Under the pieces are notes generated by a model. It made no database searches. It saw only the letters and a program-made list of their open reading frames with translations, and was not told the origin of the DNA. The translations under genes were made by a program, and so were the position numbers. A stretch of 52,974 nucleotides of DNA, from the IMG/VR virus record IMGVR_UViG_3300032073_000043, positions 1-52,974 of that record. The stretch is one strand, 5' to 3'. Of the stretch, positions 47,586-52,974 are shown piece after piece. The stretch comes from a virus. Its lineage: Duplodnaviria; Caudoviricetes. Positions within the stretch are counted from its first letter, which is position 1, and each line of letters begins with the position of its first letter.

Positions 47586-47778
47586 TAAAAAAAAATGTAA
47601 GATATTTTGGGGAGTTGTGTTGCCCCCCTCCCCTATACCACCCTGCCAAAATGGAAAGTCCTTTTATTTTACCGGGCCCCACCTGTATAATCCGTTTGCC
47701 GCCGTATTTCCTATGCTAACCGTGTACAACCAGACAACTAAACTCGCTTCGCTACATAGTTTTCTATATACATTTCAC

Positions 47779-47872
47779 GTATGACACAATGACATATGTA
47801 TGACACAATGACATGACAAACTTATTTATTATTGTATGACAACGTGACACAGTGCGCAATGACATAATGACA
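47779..47872 (+). repeat. Cluster of nine TGACA direct repeats (iteron-like)
   Basis: TGACA at 47782, 47790, 47801, 47809, 47814, 47837, 47845, 47860 and 47868. GTATGACACAATGACAT occurs twice. Confidence 0.85.
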
Positions 47873-47903
47873 TATTCATTTACTAAACAATACATATACT
47901 TTT

Positions 47904-47935
47904 ACAAACCAAATACGATACACATTCGATTATAC
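47904..47935 (+). promoter_or_regulatory. Early promoter-like motif, copy 1
   Basis: ACAAACCAAATACGA-TACACATT-CGATTATAC. Confidence 0.75.
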
Positions 47936-47972
47936 TTATGTAACTAATTAATAATAAATAAATATAATAACT

Positions 47973-48200
47973 ATGAGTAATTTAATCACTAAAAGATTTG
48001 TTGTAAGACAATCACTAATCGGAAAAAATGTAACATTCGAATTCACTAACAAAAAAGGTGACAAGATAATTTACAATCACGACAAAGTATTTTCAATAAT
48101 GAAAGATACACTAACTAACTTACCATGTTGGTTAAAGTACAAGTCGTACACTGCTACTAATAACATTCCGTTAATAGTAAGAGGTAAAGAGTTAGTATAA
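47973..48200 (+). CDS. Early hypothetical protein
   Basis: 75 aa, with a TAATAACT-ATG leader behind motif copy 1. Confidence 0.7.
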   Translation: MSNLITKRFVVRQSLIGKNVTFEFTNKKGDKIIYNHDKVFSIMKDTLTNLPCWLKYKSYTATNNIPLIVRGKELV

Positions 48201-48257
48201 CTTTAACTTCACTGTGAGTTCCACTTGTTTCTAACAGTATAAATTGCGAACAAGTAA

Positions 48258-48298
48258 AGACATAATGGTTAACGTGAGTTCGATTCTCACCATGTCTA
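48258..48298 (+). ncRNA. tRNA-like minihelix (acceptor-like stem plus T-arm only)
   Basis: AGACAT...GTGAG-TTCGATT-CTCAC-C-ATGTCT-A; no D or anticodon arm. Confidence 0.5.
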
Positions 48299-48346
48299 CT
48301 AACTAAGGTAACAGAGTGTTATCAGTAACTAATTAAATATAATAAT

Positions 48347-48466
48347 ATGGCACATAGAAATACATATCTACTAAAAATCTCTTTCAGATTATACAAAAAG
48401 CATTGGAATGAACTAACTTATGATGAGCGAGCTCACGTAACTGATATCTACTATGACTTCTACTAA
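48347..48466 (+). CDS. Small early protein (39 aa, not in ORF track)
   Basis: MAHRNTYLLKISFRLYKKHWNELTYDERAHVTDIYYDFY with an AT-rich leader. Confidence 0.55.
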   Translation: MAHRNTYLLKISFRLYKKHWNELTYDERAHVTDIYYDFY

Positions 48467-48497
48467 CAAACTAAATACGACAACTAATCGATAATAT
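48466..48497 (+). promoter_or_regulatory. Early promoter-like motif, copy 2
   Basis: ACAAACTAAATACGA-CAACTAAT-CGATAATAT. Confidence 0.75.
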
Positions 48498-48518
48498 AAA
48501 CGTAATAAATAAATAACT

Positions 48519-48713
48519 ATGAGTAAAATTAAATTCGTACAGAATAAAGTGTACAACTATGTAAAAGGTAAATCAGTAACAGAACTAGCTTTTGAGCTAT
48601 TAGCCTTCGGAGTATTAATGCCAATGGCGGTTTCAGGAATACTATTCATGATAGTAGGTTTACTAACAGGTGAGATCGATGCTTCTAATGCTAACTTCGG
48701 AATATATAACTAA
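48519..48713 (+). CDS. Small early membrane protein
   Basis: 64 aa with a long hydrophobic segment. Confidence 0.65.
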   Translation: MSKIKFVQNKVYNYVKGKSVTELAFELLAFGVLMPMAVSGILFMIVGLLTGEIDASNANFGIYN

Positions 48714-49244
48714 TGAAGTGGGTATTGACGTGTGAAAACGGTAAAGAAATCGATATGACTTACTATATCGGTAAACAAATGGAAAATAAAATAACTAGAC
48801 AAGATGTTCTTGACAGAATAAAGTTCTACAAATCAACTAATAAACTATGAGAAAATTTAAACACGAAAAAGTATGGTCATTCAGTGACGAGCATGTGATT
48901 GATGGTATGATATACTCTCACGATCTACAAAAATATGTAACAATTGAAGAATATACTGATGTACACTATGGCACGCTCTAGAAAACATACAAGTAAAAAA
49001 ATACTAAAGCTAACTCGTCAAGAAATAATGATGATAGAAGATAATTGGTATAGAAAATACAATATAAATACGAATAAAGCACGATAATATAATAAATTAA
49101 AATATGAAATCATTAAAAATACTTACTTATGACGTCTTTGATCAACCTAAAAATATAAGGCTAGGTGACAAAGTAGTAACAAGAATACCTTACGTAAAAG
49201 AATATACTAACTACTGTAAAATCGGCGATCACTACTATGCATAA
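48713..49244 (+). CDS. Run of four very small early ORFs (48713-48850, 48847-48981, 48968-49087, 49104-49244)
   Basis: Read by hand: MKWVLTCENG... (45 aa), MRKFKHEKVW... (44 aa), MARSRKHTSK... (39 aa) and MKSLKILTYD... (46 aa). They tile the gap, the first three with overlapping stops and starts. Confidence 0.55.
49059..49090 (+). promoter_or_regulatory. Early promoter-like motif, copy 3
   Basis: ACAATATAAATACGA-ATAAAGCA-CGATAATAT. Confidence 0.75.
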
Positions 49245-49467
49245 TTCAGAATTTAAAGATTATCCAGCAGATCAAATTGCTGCTAAACTCAAAGAAGTAA
49301 CAGATTTCGAAACTAAGTACGGTGAATCTACACGCACTATTGCATACAAAAAATGGTGTACAGACTATGATTATCGTAAAAGAGAATGGCAGTTCAGACA
49401 AAGTGTCGCTGCATCTATAAAACCTAATGTAAACTATACTAAACCTTACTACAATGACCAAATCTAA
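49237..49467 (+). CDS. Early hypothetical protein
   Basis: 76 aa, overlapping its neighbours. Confidence 0.65.
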   Translation: MHNSEFKDYPADQIAAKLKEVTDFETKYGESTRTIAYKKWCTDYDYRKREWQFRQSVAASIKPNVNYTKPYYNDQI

Positions 49468-49876
49468 ATACACTTGGAGACAAGAACAACAAATGTTAGA
49501 AGACTCGTTTGCAAGAGCATTACTAGTCGAGTATAATATTAAAGAAATAACTACACAAAGACAAGCAATAAATGGCACAAGAGAGTTTGAATTTCCTGTA
49601 CCATCAAGAAGAAGATATAAAAACGGTGAAAATTTAAGACTTGCTGTGTTTAAAACTGGCTATGTTAGAAACCAAAACTCTTGTTCATCTAATTATCAAC
49701 TAAATCCTACATATAAACGTGAGAAAAGGTGGGTATTTTTAGAAGGTGACAAAACTATAACTAAAAAATATACAACTATATCAAGAGCTAAAATATATAG
49801 CGGTATGGCAAGACTTAAATTTATGTTAGAATTTTATTTAAGAAATTACAAAACAAATACGAAAATAGCACGATAA
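49454..49876 (+). CDS. Early hypothetical basic protein
   Basis: 140-aa ORF. Confidence 0.65.
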   Translation: MTKSKYTWRQEQQMLEDSFARALLVEYNIKEITTQRQAINGTREFEFPVPSRRRYKNGENLRLAVFKTGYVRNQNSCSSNYQLNPTYKREKRWVFLEGDKTITKKYTTISRAKIYSGMARLKFMLEFYLRNYKTNTKIAR

Positions 49877-49879
49877 TAT
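49848..49879 (+). promoter_or_regulatory. Early promoter-like motif, copy 4
   Basis: ACAAAACAAATACGA-AAATAGCA-CGATAATAT. Confidence 0.75.
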
Positions 49880-49885
49880 ATTTGT

Positions 49886-50098
49886 ATGAAAAAATGTAAA
49901 TGTAATAATACAATACCTCCACAGCGTTTAGCACTAGGTTATACCTCTTGCGTCGAATGTAGCACTACCGAGCCATATGGCTGTATTGCTGTCACTTACC
50001 ACAAAACCGGTAATACCATTCAGATTATGCCGAAAGAACAGGCGAAACGTATCAGAAAGCTAGGCGCTCGCAGAGGTTATGGCACATGTCTAAAATAA
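49886..50098 (+). CDS. DksA/TraR-like C4 zinc-finger protein
   Basis: CKC..TIPPQRLALG...CVEC resembles the TraR/DksA finger (IP..RL.A....C..C). Confidence 0.65.
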   Translation: MKKCKCNNTIPPQRLALGYTSCVECSTTEPYGCIAVTYHKTGNTIQIMPKEQAKRIRKLGARRGYGTCLK

Positions 50099-50111
50099 TA
50101 AATATAAAACT

Positions 50112-50321
50112 ATGAGTAAAACTAAAGAATTTGATATGTTAGCTGATAAAGCTACACATGAAGCAGTAGAAGAAATATACAGAATATGCGAGTGGACATT
50201 AACCGGTAGCGATGCTAAGTCATTACTAAGCTCTACACCAGATATAAACGAAGCTCATAGTTACTTGATGAAGCTCGTTATCGGTAAACTCGCTAATAAA
50301 TACTTAAATATATATGAGTGA
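50112..50321 (+). CDS. Early hypothetical protein
   Basis: 69 aa with a TAAAACT-ATG leader. Confidence 0.6.
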   Translation: MSKTKEFDMLADKATHEAVEEIYRICEWTLTGSDAKSLLSSTPDINEAHSYLMKLVIGKLANKYLNIYE

Positions 50322-50490
50322 TTCAGTAAAAAAATGGTTTGAGATGCAAGAAGAAAAAGAGCACAAAGACGTGCTATACACACATGCGCCAAACAGAAAA
50401 GCATACAGAATACTAATAGATTATGATATAAAAGATATTAGAGAAGCTGTAAAGCTATATGATAAAACAAGAAACCCGCTAGACGAGTAA
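50314..50490 (+). CDS. Small early protein (58 aa, not in ORF track)
   Basis: MSDSVKKWFEMQEEKEHK..., overlapping the previous stop. Confidence 0.6.
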   Translation: MSDSVKKWFEMQEEKEHKDVLYTHAPNRKAYRILIDYDIKDIREAVKLYDKTRNPLDE

Positions 50491-50575
50491 CTTAATTAGG
50501 TATGATTAAAGGCGTAATTCCTTAGCGGGATGTGAGAAACGGCTCGATGATTACACATAAGTGAATAGCTAGCAA

Positions 50576-50740
50576 TCGAGGTGGCGGCATACAGGTCACG
50601 TTAGTTGAAGGGTAAGAACAAACGGTTGGAACGGTTGAAAGAGTACCGGATGGCTCCGTGAAGTTTATAACTTCAACAAAACAGAAAGTGTGGATAAATG
50701 ACAATACTAGTTAACTACCTGTCCACAACTGGTGCCTCGA
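50576..50740 (+). ncRNA. Candidate structured RNA (~165 nt, nested stems)
   Basis: Nested pairings TCGAGG/CCTCGA, ACAGGT/ACCTGT and GTTGAAG/CTTCAAC in a GC-richer non-coding stretch. Confidence 0.5.
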
Positions 50741-50743
50741 AAT

Positions 50744-50829
50744 GGGAGTGATAAGGTAAGTGAGACAGTATCTTCGCCGACTATGGCAAGACAGTATCTC
50801 AAACGGCGGTTCGACTCCGCCCACTTCCA
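50744..50829 (+). ncRNA. tmRNA-like tRNA domain with Ala identity and no mRNA-like domain
   Basis: Acceptor GGGAGTG/CACTTCC with G3:U70 and discriminator A; unpaired D-loop; long irregular hairpin; T-arm GGCGG-TTCGACT-CCGCC. Confidence 0.7.
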
Positions 50830-50834
50830 CTAAC

Positions 50835-50922
50835 AGAGAGATGGCAGATATGCAGAGATATACTTGTCGACAAAACAACGGCGGATTTACGTAAGCGAAG
50901 TACTTCGTGGGCACATCTCTCT
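50835..50922 (+). ncRNA. Candidate structured RNA
   Basis: Closing 9-bp stem AGAGAGATG/CATCTCTCT and an internal CGAAGTACTTCG palindrome. Confidence 0.45.
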
Positions 50923-50930
50923 TAATATAA

Positions 50931-51009
50931 TACCGGCTTAACAGTAAATCGACGTCTCGGCTTCCTTGAGGTATCAGTTGTACAAAGCCAGTTGTAGTGA
51001 CAGCCGGTA
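50931..51009 (+). ncRNA. Candidate structured RNA
   Basis: Closing 8-bp stem TACCGGCT/AGCCGGTA. Confidence 0.45.
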
Positions 51010-51016
51010 ACTTATT

Positions 51017-51089
51017 TGCGGTATAGAGCAGTGGTCAGCTCGCATGGCTCATAACCATGAGGTCGTTGGTTCGAATCCTTCTGCCGCAA
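51017..51089 (+). tRNA. tRNA-Met(CAT), partly initiator-like
   Basis: Acceptor TGCGGTA/TGCCGCA; D-stem GAGC/GCTC; anticodon arm CATGG-CTCATAA-CCATG; T-loop TTCGAAT with two U-U mismatches in the T-stem. CCA is not encoded. Confidence 0.9.
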
Positions 51090-51120
51090 CAAAACAAATA
51101 CGAATGCTAAACGATTATAT
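51089..51120 (+). promoter_or_regulatory. Early promoter-like motif, copy 5
   Basis: ACAAAACAAATACGA-ATGCTAAA-CGATTATAT. Confidence 0.75.
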
Positions 51121-51146
51121 AAATGTAATTAAAAATAAATAAAACT

Positions 51147-51386
51147 ATGACAAAAATTAAAACCGTCTACGACAAACTATTGCCCGACGTTAAAACAAGT
51201 TTAAAAGCTAGTGCTAGAAAATACGATAGCGCTAAAAGACTAAAGTATACGCTTATGTCAAAAATGATGTGGTCGGAACTAAATGTCTATGAAGTTAGAG
51301 ATATATTAACCTACGGTGACTTAAACAGTTGGGAACTAGATTGCTACAGCTTTATGTACGGTGAAAAAATAATTGATAAATCATGA
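51147..51386 (+). CDS. Early hypothetical protein
   Basis: 79 aa behind motif copy 5. Confidence 0.65.
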   Translation: MTKIKTVYDKLLPDVKTSLKASARKYDSAKRLKYTLMSKMMWSELNVYEVRDILTYGDLNSWELDCYSFMYGEKIIDKS

Positions 51387-51844
51387 AAAAATATATAACA
51401 GACGAGATCATAGAAAAAGAAATGATCAAAAGAGGTTTACCAACTGACGGTGACAAGATACAAGATGAAGAGTTTGTGCAACAAGCAGTATTAAAATACT
51501 ATGATGTAGAAATTACTAATGACTACACACAAAACGCAGACTATTATGTTTACCCTGAATCAACGGCAGATGGCTACGAAGTTTATATTGCTACGTATGA
51601 TGATAGAAATATATGCGTAGGTGAACATGTACATTACTATGATAGTAATTTAGCTACAGAATTAGAAGATGCAATAAGAGGTATGGGTCGTATAGATTCT
51701 GTTATATATGTAGCGGATGATTTTATAGATGAGTACTGGTACTCAGATATGTTCAGCGAAATATACCAAGGTATTTGTGAAATAACAGAACAAGAAATTA
51801 AAGATATACTTATAGATGAAGGATACGAAGAGCAACCAATCTAA
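51383..51844 (+). CDS. Acidic hypothetical protein
   Basis: 153 aa, Asp/Glu/Tyr-rich, with ATGA overlap. Confidence 0.7.
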   Translation: MKKYITDEIIEKEMIKRGLPTDGDKIQDEEFVQQAVLKYYDVEITNDYTQNADYYVYPESTADGYEVYIATYDDRNICVGEHVHYYDSNLATELEDAIRGMGRIDSVIYVADDFIDEYWYSDMFSEIYQGICEITEQEIKDILIDEGYEEQPI

Positions 51845-52106
51845 ACCAAAATGGTTTAACGGCGCCTGGTACAGCTCACCAGAAGAGGTAACAAATCCAT
51901 TTAGTGGTGAAAGTTGCCTATTAACCGGAGCAGAAGCTAGTATGTATGACTTTATAATGGGTGCTACTTATACTATAGAAGTAACGTTTGATAACGACTC
52001 AGATGTAGAAGATCCATATATAACTAAACTAAGAAAAGAATTAATTAAAGGTATGGACTGGTTTAGATCAGAAAATCCTAAAGCTTATATGAAATTACTA
52101 GATTAA
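51816..52106 (+). CDS. Hypothetical protein
   Basis: 96 aa, containing VTNPFSGESC...WFR..NPKAYMKLLD. Confidence 0.7.
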   Translation: MKDTKSNQSKPKWFNGAWYSSPEEVTNPFSGESCLLTGAEASMYDFIMGATYTIEVTFDNDSDVEDPYITKLRKELIKGMDWFRSENPKAYMKLLD

Positions 52107-52107
52107 T

Positions 52108-52575
52108 ATGGCAACAAGAAATGTAACAATGGTAGTACCAAGGTCGACTGCGGAAGACAATGACCTAGGCTTTGCTTGTAACCCAAGTGTAGTCAGTGAC
52201 GATAGCTATGTAAATATGTATTTACATCACGATGGTTACCCTGAGTATAGAGCTGTAGAGCTTGCTAACTGGGTTAAGCATATGCAAGAGGTAAAAGGTT
52301 TTACAAGCTTTGGTGATGGATCAAGAATAGCATCACACTTAGTAAAAGACTTTCATTACAATAGCCAATACTTATATCCTTCTCATGACAGAATAGATCA
52401 TCATTATACTTATATTATATGGACAGGTAAACCTGACGTGTTTATAACTTGTTGGAATCAATATACTAATGAGTGTGTATTTGTAAACAAAGTAGATGAT
52501 GTGATCAAAAAATGGTCTAGAGATGAATATGAATATACTAACTATAACAAATTAAATACGAATGAAGTACGATAA
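52108..52575 (+). CDS. Phage protein with YxHxDGYP motif
   Basis: MATR N-terminus and YLHHDGYPE, a motif recurrent in phage hypothetical proteins. Confidence 0.7.
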   Translation: MATRNVTMVVPRSTAEDNDLGFACNPSVVSDDSYVNMYLHHDGYPEYRAVELANWVKHMQEVKGFTSFGDGSRIASHLVKDFHYNSQYLYPSHDRIDHHYTYIIWTGKPDVFITCWNQYTNECVFVNKVDDVIKKWSRDEYEYTNYNKLNTNEVR

Positions 52576-52578
52576 TAT
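52547..52578 (+). promoter_or_regulatory. Early promoter-like motif, copy 6
   Basis: ACAAATTAAATACGA-ATGAAGTA-CGATAATAT. Confidence 0.7.
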
Positions 52579-52852
52579 AGATGACGATATGTTAGATACA
52601 ATTGCAGACTTAGTACTAGATAAACTTCTTTACAGAATGAAGAACGAGGTTCATGCTATGTCTCCTATGTCTATTAACGAAATAATAAAAGGTCAAATAC
52701 CTTTTAAAGAAACAGACGAAGAGTTTCTTATATCTGAGTTAGCTAGGCTAATGACACTATTAAATTTGTACGAAGACAAAGAGCAGTACAGAAAAGCTGC
52801 AATAATAAAAAACAAACTAAATATAATACAAAAAAAACTAGACAACCTATGA
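52562..52852 (+). CDS. Hypothetical helical protein (real start possibly 52589)
   Basis: C-terminal EQYRKAAIIKNKL resembles a UVR-type helix. The first ATG lies inside motif copy 6. Confidence 0.6.
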   Translation: MKYDNIDDDMLDTIADLVLDKLLYRMKNEVHAMSPMSINEIIKGQIPFKETDEEFLISELARLMTLLNLYEDKEQYRKAAIIKNKLNIIQKKLDNL

Positions 52853-52974
52853 AAAAACCAATGTTAGCCCATAAGTTCAGCGAAAAACGCTGTGACTTTA
52901 ACCAACCAACCTATATACAACCAAAGCTTGACGGCGTGCGTTGTAATATATACCTAAACGATAATAAAGATATT
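52849..52974 (+). CDS. ATP-dependent DNA ligase, N-terminus (truncated)
   Basis: MKKPMLAHKF...YIQPKLDGVRC carries PMLA and the KxDGxR adenylation motif I. Confidence 0.85.
   Translation, partial: MKKPMLAHKFSEKRCDFNQPTYIQPKLDGVRCNIYLNDNKDI

Noticed and set aside
50522-50914. Minus-strand ORFs 50522..50704 and 50711..50914
   Set aside because: They are antisense to the early region and overlap the structured RNA cluster, with atypical composition.
50576-51009. RNase P RNA, SRP RNA or a full or permuted tmRNA
   Set aside because: I found no GAGGAAAGTCC core, no SRP GGAA-loop motif and no tag reading frame; only the tRNA-like domain is supported.

Overview
This window is a 53-kb segment of an AT-rich tailed dsDNA phage. 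The host is most likely a Bacteroidota/Flavobacteriia bacterium, inferred from AT-rich leaders lacking Shine-Dalgarno motifs and a morphogenesis module resembling crAss-like and marine flavobacterial phages. Positions ~231-47490 form one long minus-strand late region. In transcription order it encodes GroEL/GroES, putative internal virion proteins, a holin, tail fibres, a Thr-rich fibre cassette, terminase, portal, scaffold, major capsid, tail ring/stabilisation proteins, ejection proteins including a 2397-aa polyvalent protein, and an envelope/lysis cassette. After a repeat-rich divergent intergenic region (47490-47970), plus-strand early genes follow, with six copies of a 32-bp promoter-like motif, a cluster of structured RNAs (tRNA-Met and a tmRNA-like tRNA domain without an mRNA part) and the start of an ATP-dependent DNA ligase. 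Headline observation: the two Thr-rich proteins (713 aa and 871 aa) are 'reverse complements' of each other at the protein level. Aligned antiparallel at residue i+j=704 (703 in one short block), about 99 hand-counted positions place Phe/Tyr opposite Arg/Lys over ~690 residues, suggesting a sequence-encoded two-chain antiparallel beta-zipper filament. All counts were made by hand; no database searches were run.
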